The notes: generated by a model not told the origin, from the sequence alone. A stretch of DNA of 64,000 nt from Heptranchias perlo (GCF_035084215.1 NW_027139605.1:1-64000), one strand, 5' to 3'. Shown: positions 10,701-22,126, counted from the first letter of the stretch. Made by a program: numbers and translations.

Positions 10701-13700
10701 GAGGGGGGAGGGATGAGAGTCGGTGAGTGAGGGGGGAGGGGGAGTGAGAGTCGGTGAGTGAGGGGGGGAGTGAGGGTCGGTGAGTGAGGGGGGGAGTGAG
10801 GGTCGGTGAGTGAGGGGGGAGTGAGAGTCGGTGAGTGAGGGGGGAGTGAGAGTCAGCGAGTGAGGGGGGAGGGGGAGTGAGGGGGGAGGGGGAGTGAGGG
10901 GGGAGGGGGAGTGAGGGGGAGGGGTGAGAGTCGGGGGGGAGGGGGAGTCAGGGTCGGTGAGTGAGAGTCGGGGGGGAGGGGTGAGAGTCGGTGAGTGAGG
11001 GGGGGAGTGAGAGACGGTGAGTGAGGGGGGGGAGTGAGGGTCGGTGAGTAAGGGGGGGGAGTGAGGGTCGGTGAGTGAGGGGGGAGTGAGAGTCGGTGAG
11101 TGAGGGGGGGAGTGAGAGTCGCTGAGTGAGGGGGGGAGTGAGAGTCGGTGAGTGAGGGGGGGAGTGAGAGTCGGTGAGTGAGGGGGGAGTGAGAGTCGGT
11201 GAGTGAGGGGGGAGTGAGAGTCGGTGGGGGAGGGGGAGTGAGAGTCGGTGAGTGAGAGGGGAGGGGGAGTGAGCGTCGGTGAGTGAGAGTCGGGGGGGGA
11301 GGGGTGAGGGTCGGGGAGTGAGGGTCGGGGAGTGAGGGTCGGGGAGTGAGGGTCGGTGAGTGAGGGTGGGTGGGTGAGTGAGGGTGGGTGGGTGAGTGAG
11401 GGTGGGTGAGTGAGGGTGAGTGAGTGAGGGTGGGTGAGTGAGTGAGGGTGGGTGAGTGAGTGAGGGTGGGTGAGTGAGGGTGGGTGAGTGAGTGAGGGTG
11501 GGTGAGTGAGTGAGGGTGGGTGAGTGAGTGAGGGTGGGTGAGTGAGTGAGGGTGGGTGAGTGAGTGAGGGTGGGTGAGTGAGTGAGGGTGGGTGAGTGAG
11601 TGAGGGTGGGTGAGTGAGTGAGGGTGGGTGAGTGAGTGAGGGTGGGTGAGTGAGTGAGTGAGGGTGGGTGAGTGAGGGTGGGTGAGTGAAGATGGGTGAG
11701 TGAGGGGGAGGGGGAGTGAGAGTCGGTGAGTGAGGGGGGGAGTGAGAGTCGGTGTGAGGGGGGGGAGTGAGAGTCGGTGAGTGAGGGGGGGAGTGAGAGT
11801 CGGTGAGTGAGGGGGGGGAGTGAGAGTCGGTGAGTGAGGGGGGAGTGAGTCGGGGGGGGGAGTGAGAGTCGAGGGGGGAGGGGTGAGAGTCTGTGAGTGA
11901 GGGGGGAGTGAGAGTCGGTGAGTGAGGGGGGGGAGTGAGGGTCGGTGAGTGAGGGGGGGAGTGAGTGAGGGGGGAGTGAGAGTCGGTGAGTGAGGGGGGG
12001 TGTGAGGGTCGGTGAGTGAGGGGGGAGGGGGAGTGAGAGTCGGTGAGTGAGGGGGGAGGGGGAGTGAGGGGGAGGGGTGAGAGTCGGTGAGTGAGGGTCG
12101 GTGAGTGAGGGTCGGTGAGTGAGGGGAGGGGAGTGAGGATCGGTGAGTGAGGGGGGGAGTGAGGGTCGGTGAGTGAGGGGGGAGTGAGGGTCGGTGAGTG
12201 AGTGGGGGGAGTGAGGATCGGTGAGTGAGGGGGAGGGGGAGTGAGGGTCGGTGAGTGAGGGTCGGTGAGTGAGGGTCGGTGAGTGAGGGTCGGTGAGTGA
12301 GGGGGGAGGGGGAGTGAGAGTCGGTGAGTGAGGGGGGAGTGAGAGTTGGGGGGGAGGGGTGAGAGTCGGTGAGTGAGGGGGGGGAGTGAGGGGGGGGAGT
12401 GAGAGTCGGTGAGTGAGGGGGGGAGTGAGAGTCGGTGAGTGAGGGGGGAGTGAGAGTCGGTGGGGGAGGGGGAGTGAGAGTCGGTGGGGGAGGGGGGAGG
12501 GGGAGTGAGCGTCGGTGAGTGAGGGGGGAGTGAGAGTCGGGGGGAGGGGTGAGAGTCAGTGAGTGAGGGGGGGAGTGAGGGTCGGTGAGTGAGGGGGGGG
12601 AGTGAGGGTCGGTGAGTGAGGGTCGGTGAGTGAGGGTCGGTGAGCGAGGGTCGGTGAGCGAGGGTCGGTGAATGAGGGGGGGAGTGAGGGTCGGTGAGTG
12701 AGGGGGGAGGGGGAGTGAGAGTCGGTGAGTGAGGGGGGAGGGGGTGTGAGAGTCGGTGAGTGAGGGGGGAGGGGGAGTGAGAGTCGGTGAGTGAGGGGGG
12801 AGGGGGAGTGTGAGTCGGTGAGTGAGCGGGGAGTGAGAGTCGGGGGGGAGGGGTGAGAGTCGGTGAGTGAGGGGGGAGTGAGAGACGGTGAGTGAGGGGG
12901 GAGTGAGAGACGGTGAGTGAGGGGGGGAGTGAGAGTCGGTGAGTGAGGGGGGGAGTGAGGGTCGGTGAGTGAAGGGGGGAGTGAGGGTCGGTGAGTGAAG
13001 GGGGGAGTGAGAGTCGGTGAGTGAGGGGGGAGGGGGAGTGATCGTCGGTGAGTGAGGGGGGAGTGAGAGTCGGGGGGGGGAGAGGTGAGAGTCGGTGAGT
13101 GAGGGGGGAGTGAGAGACGGTGAGTGAGGGGTGGGAGTGAGGGGGGAGTGAGGGTCGGTGAGTGAGGGGGGGGGAATGAGAGTCGGTGAGTGAGGGGGGG
13201 GAATGAGAGTCGGTGAGTGAGGGGGGGGAGTGAGAGTCGGTGAGTGAGGGGGGGGAATGTGAGTCGGTGAGTGAGGGGGGGGAATGAGAGTCGGTGAGTG
13301 AGGGTCGGTGAGTGAGGGGGGAGTGAGGGTCGGTGAGTGAGGGTGGGGAATGAGAGTCGGTGAGTGAGGGGGGAGTGAGGGTCGGTGAGTGAGGGGGGAG
13401 TGAGGGTCAGTGAGTGAGGGGGGGAATGAGAGTCGGTGAGTGAGGGTCGGTGAGTGAGGGGGGAGTGAGGGTCGGTGAGTGAGGGGGGGAGTGAGGGTCG
13501 GTGAGTGAGGGGGGAATGAGAGTCGGTGAGTGAGGGGGGGAATGAGAGTCGGTGAGTGAGGGGGGGAGTGAGGGTCGGTGAGTCAGGTGGTGAGTGAGGG
13601 TCGGTGAGTGAGGGGGGGGGAGTGAGGGTCGGTGAGTGAGGGGGGGAGTGAGGGTCGGTGAGTGAGGGGGGGAGTGAGGGTCGGTGAGTGAGGGGGGGAA

Positions 13701-15515
13701 TGAGAGTCGGTGAGTGAGGGGGGGGAATGAGAGTCGGTGAGTGAGGGGGGAATGAGAGTCGGTGAGTGAGGGGGGAGTGAGGGTCGGTGAGTGAGGGGGG
13801 GGAATGAGAGTCGGTGAGTGAGGGGGGAATGAGAGTCGGTGAGTGAGGGGGGAGTGAGGGTCGGTGAGTGAGGGGGGGGAATGAGAGTCGGTGAGTGAGG
13901 GGGGGTGAGTGAGGGGGGGTGAGTGAGGGGGGGGGAGTGAGGGGGGGGAATGAGAGTCGGTGAGTGAGGGGGGGTGAGTGAGGGGGGGTGAGTGAGGGGG
14001 GGGAGTGAGGGGGGAGAGTGAGAGTCGGTGAGTGAGGGGGGTGAGTTAGGGGGGTGAGTGAGGGGGGGGAGTGAGAGTCGGTGAGTGAGGGGGGGAATGA
14101 GAGTCGGTGAGTGAGGGGGGGTGAGTGAGGGGGGGGGAGTGAGGGGGAGAGTGAGAGTCGGTGAGTGAGGGGGGTGAGTGAGGGGGGTGAGTGAGGGGGG
14201 GGAGTGAGGGGGGTGAGTGAGGGGGGGGAGTGAGAGTCGGTGAGTGAGGGGGGTGAGTGAGGGGGGTGAGTGAGGGGGGGGAGTGAGAGTCGGTGAGTGA
14301 GGGGGGGTGAGTGAGTGGGGGGAGTGAGGGGGGAGAGTGAGGGGGGGAATGAGAGTCGGTGAGTGAGGGGGGAATGAGAGTCGGTGAGTGAGGGGGGAGT
14401 GAGGGTCGGTGAGTGAGGGGGGGGAATGAGAGTCGGTGAGTGAGGGGGGAATGAGAGTCGGTGAGTGAGGGGGGAGTGAGGGTCGGTGAGTGAGGGGGGG
14501 AATGAGAGTCGGTGAGTGAGGGGGGTGAGTGAGGGGGGGGAGTGAGGGGGGAGAGTGAGGGGGGAGAGTGAGAGTCGGTGAGTGAGGGGGGGGAGTGAGG
14601 GGGGAGAGTGAGGGGGGGGAGTGAGAGTCGGTGAGTGAGGGGGGGAGTGAGAGTCGGTGAGTGAGGGGGGGGGAGTGAGGGGGGAGAGTGAGGGGGGGGA
14701 GTGAGGGGGGGGAGTGAGAGTCGGTGAGTGAGGGGGGGGAGTGAGAGTCGGTGAGTGAGGGGGGAGAGTGAGGGGGGAGAGTGAGGGGGGGGAGTGAGAG
14801 TCGGTGAGTGAGAGTCGGTGAGTGAGGGGGGAGAGTGAGAGTCGGTGAGTGAGGGGGGAGAGTGAGAGTCGGTGAGTGAGGGGGGAGAGTGAGAGTCGGT
14901 GAGTGAGGGGGGTGAGTGAGGGGGGAGAGTGAGAGTCGGTGAGTGAGGGGGGGGAGTGAGGGGGGAGAGTGAGAGTCGGTGAGTGAGGGGGGGGAGTGAG
15001 GGGGGAGAGTGAGGGGGGAGAGTGAGAGTCGGTGAGTGAGGGGGTGAGTGAGGGGGGTGAGTGAGAGTCGGTGAGTGAGGGGGAGAGTGAGAGTCGGTGA
15101 GTGAGGGGGGTGAGTGAGGGGGGTGAGTGAGGGGGGAGAGTGAGGGTCGGTGAGTGAGGGGGGTGAGTGAGGGGGGGAAGTGAGAGTCGGTGAGTGAGGG
15201 GGGGGAGTGAGGGGGGAGAGTGAGAGTCGGTGAGTGAGAGGGGGTGAGTGAGGGGGGAGAGTGAGAGTCGGTGAGTGAGGGGGGGGGAGTGAGGGGGGGG
15301 AGTGAGAGTCGGTGAGTGAGGGGGGTGAGTGAGGGGGGAGAGTGAGAGTCGGTGAGTGAGAGTCGGTGAGTGAGGGGGGTGAGTGAGGGGGGGAGTGAGG
15401 GTCGGTGAGCGAGGGGGGGAGTGAGGGTCGGTGAGTGAGGGGGGGGAATGAGAGTCGGTGAGTGAGTGAGGGGGGTGAGTGAGGGGGGTGAGTGAGGGGG
15501 GGAGTGAGGGGAGGG
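1768..15515 (+). repeat. Intron 3 G-rich satellite, ~25-30 bp unit (GAGTGAGRGTCGGTGAGTGAG(G)n)
   Basis: About 13.7 kb of continuous variant repeats, strongly G/purine-biased on the + strand, starting at the exon 3 donor. Confidence 0.98.
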
Positions 15516-15578
15516 AGGATTCTCTGCCTTGAGCTTCCTGTTCTTACTCCTCTTCCTCTTCCTCTCTCTGTCTCTCAG

Positions 15579-15842
15579 TTGCCCCTGTCGTGTATTTTAC
15601 CCGTCCGCCCGGGACTAACCGCCTGTCCTGTGCTGTCACTGGATTTTACCCTCGAGCCATCGAGGTGAATCTGCTGCGAGATGGAGAGTCCATCGAGGAG
15701 ACCCTGTCCAGTGGGACTTTGCCCAATCACGACGGCACCTACCAGGTCAGGAAATGGACGGAGTTTGAGGAGAAGGACGGGGCCCAGTATTCCTGTCAGG
15801 TGGATCACAGCGGGCTGGGGGAGAGGGTGCTGGTGTTTTATG
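15579..15842 (+). CDS. UAA: MHC class I exon 4 (alpha3 C1-set Ig domain)
   Basis: Long polypyrimidine tract plus ctctcag at 15578, donor G|GTAAGA at 15843. VAPVVYFTR...LSCAVTGFYPRAIEV...LPNHDGTYQVRKW...YSCQVDHSGL; C1-set motifs CxxxGFYP, PNxDGTYQ and YxCxVxH. Confidence 0.96.
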
Positions 15843-15920
15843 GTAAGACTGTCTCTCACTGTTATAGAGTCGATGTAGAAACTGATATTAATTGGCCGTC
15901 CTCTGTACAAGAGGGTCCAG

Positions 15921-17625
15921 TGTATCCTGGGATATTACAGTCCGACAGAGCCCGGTGTATCCTGGGATATTACAGTCTGACACGGCCCTCTGTACCCTGG
16001 GATATTACAGTCAGACAGGGCCCGCTGTATCCTGGGATATTACAGACCGACAGAGCCCGGTGTATCCTGGGATATTACAGTCTGACACGGCCCTCTGTAC
16101 CCTGGAATATTACAGACCGACAGGGCCCGCTGTATCCTGGGATATTACAGACCGACAGGGCCCGGTGTATCCTGGGATATTACAGACCGACAGGGCCCGC
16201 TGTATCCTGGGATATTACAGACCGACAGGGCCCGCTGTATCCTGGGATATTACAGACCGACAGGGCCCGGTGTATCCTGGGATATTACAGACCGACAGGG
16301 CCCGCTGTATCCTGGGATATTACAGACCAACAGGGCCCGTTGTATCCTGGGATATTACAGACCGACAGGGCCCGGTGTATCCTGGGATATTACAGACCGA
16401 CAGGGCCCGCTGTATCCTGGGATATTACAGACCGACAGGGCCCGGTGTATCCTGGGATATTACAGACCGACAGGGCCCGCTGTATCCTGGGATATTACAG
16501 ACCGACAGAGCCCGGTGTATCCTGGGATATTACAGACCGACAGGGCCCGCTGTATCCTGGGATATTACAGACCGACAGGGCCCGGTGTATCCTGGGATAT
16601 TACAGTATGACAGGGCCCGGTGTATCCTGGGATATTACAGTATGACAGGGCCCGGTGTATCCTGGGATATTACAGTACGACAGGGCCCGGTGTATCCTGG
16701 GATATTACAGACCGACAGGGCCCGCTGTATCCTGGGATATTACAGACCGACAGGGCCCGGTGTATCCTGGGATATTACAGACCGACAGGGCCCGCTGTAT
16801 CCTGGGATATTACAGACCGACAGAGCCCGGTGTATCCTGGGATATTACAGACCGACAGGGCCCGCTGTATCCTGGGATATTACAGACCGACAGGGCCCGG
16901 TGTATCCTGGGATATTACAGTATGACAGGGCCCGGTGTATCCTGGGATATTACAGTATGACAGGGCCCGGTGTATCCTGGGATATTACAGTCCGACAGGG
17001 CCCGGGGTATCCTGGGATATTACAGTCTGACGGGGCCCGCTGTATCCTGGGATATTACAGTATGACAGGGCCCGGTGTACCCTGGGATATTACAGTCCGA
17101 CGGGGCCCGCTGTATCCTGGGATATTACAGTCCGACGGGGCCCGCTGTATCCTGGGATATTACAGTCCGACGGGGCCCGCTGTATCCTGGGATATTACAG
17201 ACCGACAGGGCCCGGTGTATCCTGGGATATTACAGACCGACAGGGCCCGCTGTATCCTGGGATATTACAGACCGACAGAGCCCGGTGTATCCTGGGATAT
17301 TACAGTATGACAGGGCCCGGTGTATCCTGGGATATTACAGTATGACAGGGCCCGGTGTATCCTGGGATATTACAGTCCGACAGGGCCCGGGGTATCCTGG
17401 GATATTACAGTCCGACGGGGCCCGCTGTATCCTGGGATATTACAGTATGACAGGGCCCGGTGTACCCTGGGATATTACAGTCCGACGGGGCCCGCTGTAT
17501 CCTGGGATATTACAGTCCGACGGGGCCCGCTGTATCCTGGGATATTACAGTCCGACGGGGCCCGCTGTATCCTGGGATATTACAGTCCGACGGGGCCCGC
17601 TGTATCCTGGGATATTACAGTCTGA
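15921..17625 (+). repeat. Intron 4 minisatellite A, 35 bp unit (TGTATCCTGGGATATTACAGACCGACAGGGCCCGS)
   Basis: Highly homogeneous tandem copies, roughly 48 by length/period. Confidence 0.97.
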
Positions 17626-17758
17626 CAGCGACCGGCCCTGAGGATCTGTAAAGATTGTCCCTGTGCCTCACCCACAGAGACTCTGCTTTATTCAGTGGAT
17701 CCGGCTGTATAGGGCGAATATGGGGACTGGACTCGGAATCCAAAATGGGTCAACTGGT

Positions 17759-18317
17759 GGGGTCTGGTCCTGGGTGCCCCCCAGTACGGTATTAATCCTT
17801 GTACTGTCTACGGGGTCTGGTGCTGGGTGCCCCCAGTACGGTATTAATCCTTGTACTGTCTACGGGGTCTGGTGCTGGGTGCCCCCCAGTATGGTATTAA
17901 TCCTTGTACTGTCTACGGGGTCTGGTGCTGGGTGCCCCCCAGTATGGTATTAATCCTTGTACTGTCTACGAGGTCTGGTGCTAGGTGCCCCCCAGTACGG
18001 TATTAATCCTTGTACTGTCTACGGGGTCTGGTGCTGGGTGCCCCCCAGTATGGTATTAATCCTTGTACTGTCTACGGGGTCTGGTGCTGGGTGCCCCCCA
18101 GTACGGTATTAATCCTTGTACTGTCTACGGGGTCTGGTGCTGGGTGCCTCCCAGTATGGTATTAATCCTTGTACTGTCTACAGGGTCTGGTGCTGGGTGC
18201 CCCCCAGTACGGTATTAATCCTTGTACTGTCTACGGGGTCTGGTGCTGGGTGCCCCCCAGTACGGTATTAATCCTTGTACTGTCTACGGGGTCTGGTGCT
18301 GGGTGCCTCCCAGTACG
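17759..18317 (+). repeat. Intron 4 minisatellite B, ~53 bp unit (GGGGTCTGGTGCTGGGTGCCCCCCAGTACGGTATTAATCCTTGTACTGTCTAC)
   Basis: About 10 tandem copies. Confidence 0.95.
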
Positions 18318-18479
18318 ATACCAAACTTCTCTCTCTTTGATCCTCGACGGGTCATTCTGTGTCTGTCTCGCTCTGTGTCATTCTCTCTGTGTCTGTCTTG
18401 CTCTCTGCCTATCTGGTTCTGTGTCTCAGTCTGTCTGTCTGGTCCCTGACGGGTGACTGTCTGTTTCTGTGTGACTCGC

Positions 18480-18726
18480 TCTCTCTCTCTCTCCCTCTCT
18501 CCCTCTCTCTGATCTCCGATGTGTGACTCTCTCTCTGATCCCAGATGTGTGACTCTCTCCCTCTCTCTGATCCCCGATGTCTGACTCTCTCTCTCTCTCT
18601 CTCTCTGATCCCCGATGTCTGACTCTCTCTCTCTCTCTCTCTCCCTCTCCCTCCCTGATCCCCATTGTGTCTCTGTCTGTCTCTCTGATCCCCGATGTCT
18701 GACTCTCTCTCTCTCTCTCTCTCTCT
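18480..18726 (+). repeat. Intron 4 CT-rich repeat (TCTCTGATCCCCGATGTCTGAC(TC)n) abutting the exon 5 acceptor
   Basis: About 6 degenerate copies; the last copy forms the branch point and polypyrimidine tract. Confidence 0.8.
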
Positions 18727-18731
18727 AACAG

Positions 18732-18833
18732 TCCCGGAGTCTGCCTCCCTGCTCCCTGTGATTATCGGGGTTGTGATTCTGATCCTGCTGCTCACTCTCA
18801 TCGCTGGAGCTGTCGTCATCTACAGAAAGAGAG
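18732..18833 (+). CDS. UAA: MHC class I exon 5 (connecting peptide + transmembrane)
   Basis: (CT)n-taacag acceptor, G|GTAGGA donor. VPESASLLPVIIGVVILILLLTLIAGAVVIYRKR gives a hydrophobic helix followed by a basic stop-transfer; phase matches exon 4. Confidence 0.93.
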
Positions 18834-18867
18834 GTAGGAAATGGTGAAAAAATCTGCAGATCCTCAC

Positions 18868-20050
18868 TGAGGGGGAGGAGGGGGCCCAGGGAGGGGGAGG
18901 AGGGGGCCCATGGAGTGAGGGGAGGGGGAGGAGGGGGCCCATGGAGTGAAGGGAGGGGGAGGAGGAGGCCCATGGAGTGAGGGGAGGGGGAGGAGGGGGC
19001 CCATGGAGTGAGGGGAGGGGGAGGAGGGGGCCCATGGAGTGAGGGGAGGGGGAGGAGGGGGCCCATGGAGTGATGGGAGGGGGAGGAGGGGGCCCATGGA
19101 GTGAAGGGAGGGGGAGGAGGAGGCCCATGGAGTGAGGGGAGGGGGAGGAGGGGGCCCATGGAGTGAGGGGAGGGGGAGGAGGGGGCCCATGGAGTGAGGG
19201 GAGGGGGAGGAGGGGGCCCATGGAGTGAGGGGAGGGGGAGGAGGGGGCCCATGGAGTGAGGGGAGGGGGAGGAGGGGGCCCATGGAGTGAGGGGAGGGGG
19301 AGGAGGGGGCCCATGGAGTGATGGGAGGGGGAGGAGGGGGCCCATGGAGTGAAGGGAGGGGGAGGAGGAGGCCCATGGAGTGAGGGGAGGGGGAGGAGGG
19401 GGCCCATGGAGTGAGGGGAGGGGGAGGAGGGGGCCCATGGAGTGAGGGGAGTGGGAGGAGCGGGCCCATGGAGTGAGGGGACCCATGGAGTGAGGGGAGG
19501 GGGCCCATGGAGTGAGGGGAGGGGGAGGAGGGGGCCCATGGAGTGAGGGGAGGGGGAGGAGGGGGCCCATGGAGTGAGGGGAGGGGGAGGAGGGGGCCCA
19601 TGGAGTGAGGGGAGGGGGAGGAGGGGGGCCCAGGGTGTGAGGGAGGGGGAGGTGGGGGCCCAGGGTGTGAGGGGAGGGGGAGGAGGGGGCCCAGGGTGTG
19701 AGGAGGTGGCCCTGGGTGTGAGGGTGGGGGAGGAGGTGGCCCAGGGTGTGAGGGGAGGGGGAGGAGGGGGCCCAGGGTGTGAGGGGAGGGGGAGGAGGTG
19801 GCCCTGGGTGTGAGGGAGGGGGAGGAGGTGGCCCTGGGTGTGAGGGAGGGGGAGGAGGTGGCCCTGGGTGTGAGGGAGGGGGAGGAGGGGGCCCTGGGTG
19901 TGAGGGAGGGGGAGGAGGGGGCCCAGGGTGTGAGGGAGGGGGAGGAGGTGGCCCTGGGTGTGAGGGAGGGGGAGGAGGTGGCCCTGGGTGTGAGGGAGGG
20001 GGAGGAGGTGGCCCTGGGTGTGAGGGAGGGGGAGGAGGGGGCCCAGGGAG
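18868..20050 (+). repeat. Intron 5 G-rich minisatellite, 30-32 bp unit (GGGGCCCATGGAGTGAGGGGAGGGGGAGGAG, switching to GCCCWGGGTGTGAGGGAGGGGGAGGAGGKG)
   Basis: Tandem copies with a change of unit variant near 19630. Confidence 0.95.
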
Positions 20051-20279
20051 TGGGGGGAAGGGGCCGAGGGTGTGAGGGGAGGATTGGGGGGCCCTGGGAA
20101 GTGGGGAGGTGGTGCAGGGAGGGTTTCTGGGGGGAGGGATTGGGGCTTCGGGCTCCATGTGGGGGGAGCAAGGTGGGTGCTGGGAAATATAAAATGGTGG
20201 CCATCTCTCTCTGCCTCTGGGAGTTTGCGCCTCTCTCCTCTCTGACTGTCGGTCTCACCGAGGGTTTCTTGTTTTACAG

Positions 20280-20312
20280 TGGGAATGAAGAGCGGCTACA
20301 ATCCTACAACGA
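20280..20312 (+). CDS. UAA: MHC class I exon 6 (cytoplasmic, conserved Tyr)
   Basis: tttcttgttttacag acceptor, A|GTAAGT donor; 33 nt, VGMKSGYNPTT, in phase with exon 5. Confidence 0.85.
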
Positions 20313-20404
20313 GTAAGTTGCTCCTCAAACCACCCTCTGGATCTCCGTGTAACGGTGAAGAGCAGGAATTGTCCTTAATTCTGTGTCTGATACAATGAAC
20401 AGTT

Positions 20405-20407
<3 letters not shown>

Positions 20408-20443
<36 letters not shown>

Positions 20444-20755
20444 CTCACTTTCTGTGTGTGTCTGTGTGTGTCTCTCTCTGATGTGTGTGTGTATGCCTGT
20501 CTCTCTGTCTGTCTACGTGACTCTGGCTCTGTGTGTGTGGCTGTGTTTGTGTGTGTCTGTGATTGTGTGCGTGTTTGTGACTGTCTCTGTATGTGTGGTG
20601 TGTGTGCGACTGTTTGTGTGTTTGTGACTGTGTGTGTGCGACTGTCTCTGTGCGTGAGACTATGCGTCTGTGTGTATGTGAGTGTGACTGTCTGTATCTC
20701 TGTGTGTGACTGTCTGGGGGGGGTGTCTGTGCGAATGTCTGTGTCTGTGTGTGAA
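20408..20755 (+). repeat. (TC)n followed by degenerate (TG)n low-complexity tract
   Basis: Directly visible dinucleotide repeats. Confidence 0.85.
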
Positions 20756-22126
20756 TTTTTTGATTTGTTCATGGGATGTGGGCTTCGCTGGCGAGGCCGG
20801 CATTTATTGCCCATCCCTAATTGCCCTTGAGAAGGTGGTGGTGAGCCGCCTTCTTGAACCGCTGCAGTCCGTGTGGTGAAGGTTCTCCCACAGTGCTGTT
20901 AGGAAGGGAGTTCCAGGATTTTGACCCAGCGACAATGAAGGAACGGCGATATATTTCCAAGTCGGGATGGTGTGTGACTTGGAGGGGAACGTGCAGGTGG
21001 TGTTGTTCCCATGAGCCTGCTGCTCTTGTCCTTCTAGGTGGTAGAGGTCGCGGGTTTGGGAGGTGCTGTCGAAGAAGCCTTGGCGAGTTGTTGCAGTGCA
21101 TCCTGTGGATGGTACACACTGCAGCCACAGTGCGCCGATGGTGAAGGGAGTGAATATTTAGGGTGGTGGATGGGGTGCCAATCAAGCGAGCTGCTTTGTC
21201 CTGGATGGTGTCGAGCTTCTTGAGTGTTGTTGGAGCTGCACTCGTCCAAGCAAGTGGAGAGTATTCCATCACACTCCTGACTTGTGCCTTGTAGATGGTG
21301 GAAAGGCTTTGGGGAGTCAGGAGGTGAGTCACTCGCCGCAGAATACCCAGCCTCTGACCTGCTCTTGTAGCCACAGTATTTATATGGCTGGTCCAGTTAA
21401 GTTTCTGGTCAATGGTGACCCCCAGGATGTTGATGGTGGAGGATTTGGTGATGGTAATGCCGTTGAATGTCAAGGGGAGGTGGTTAGACTCTCTCTTGTT
21501 GGAGATGGTCATTGACTGGCACTTGTCTGGTGCGAATGTTACTTGCCACTTATGAGCCCAAGCCTGGATGTTGTCCAGGTCTTGCTGCATGTGGGCTCGG
21601 ACTGCTTCATTATCTGAGGGGTTGTGAATGGAACTGAACACTGTGCAATCATCAGTGAACATCCCCATTTCTGACCTTATGACGGAGGGAAGTTCATTGA
21701 TGAAGCAGCCGAAGATGTTTAGGCCGAGGACACTGCCCTGAGGAACTCCTGCAGCAATGCCCTGGGGCTGAGATGATTGGCCTCCAACAACCACTACCAT
21801 CTTCCTTTGTGCTAGGTATGACTCCAGCCACTGGAGAGTTTTCCCCCTGATTCCCATTGACTTCAATTTTACTCGGGCTCCTTGGTGCCACACTCGGTCA
21901 AATGCTGCCTTGATGTCAAGGGCAGTCACTCTCACCTCACCTCTGGAATTCAGCTCTTTTGTCCATGTTTGGACCAAGTCTGTAATGAGGTGTGGAGCCG
22001 AGTGGTCCTGGCGGAACCCAAACTGAGCATCGGTGAGCAGGTTATTGGTGAGTAAGTGCCGCTTGATAGCACTGTCGACGACACCTTCCATCACTTTGCT
22101 GATGATTGAGAGTAGACTGATCGGGC
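20756..22126 (-). mobile_element. 5'-truncated non-LTR retrotransposon (LINE family B, CR1/L2/Jockey group), RT 3' part
   Basis: RT motifs [38 protein letters not shown]; ORF ends HHHLLKGN*, then AATAAA and an A-rich tail at 20756-20761 (as T on +). Confidence 0.9.

Noticed and set aside
1768-15515. Immunoglobulin switch-region analogue
   Set aside because: G-skew is similar, but AGCT/WGCW AID hotspots are essentially absent from the unit, and the locus is not an Ig gene.
1768-15515. Interstitial telomeric repeat (TGAGGG variant, rare TTAGGG)
   Set aside because: No tandem hexamer periodicity; the unit is better explained by the exon 3/intron 3 junction sequence.
15921-17625. CRISPR-like array of 35-bp, partly palindromic repeats
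   Set aside because: Units are head-to-tail with no unique spacers, there are no cas genes, and the context is a vertebrate intron.
18725-20258. Proline-rich/extensin-like or glycine-rich ORFs
   Set aside because: Products of the intron 5 G-rich minisatellite, open in several frames on both strands.
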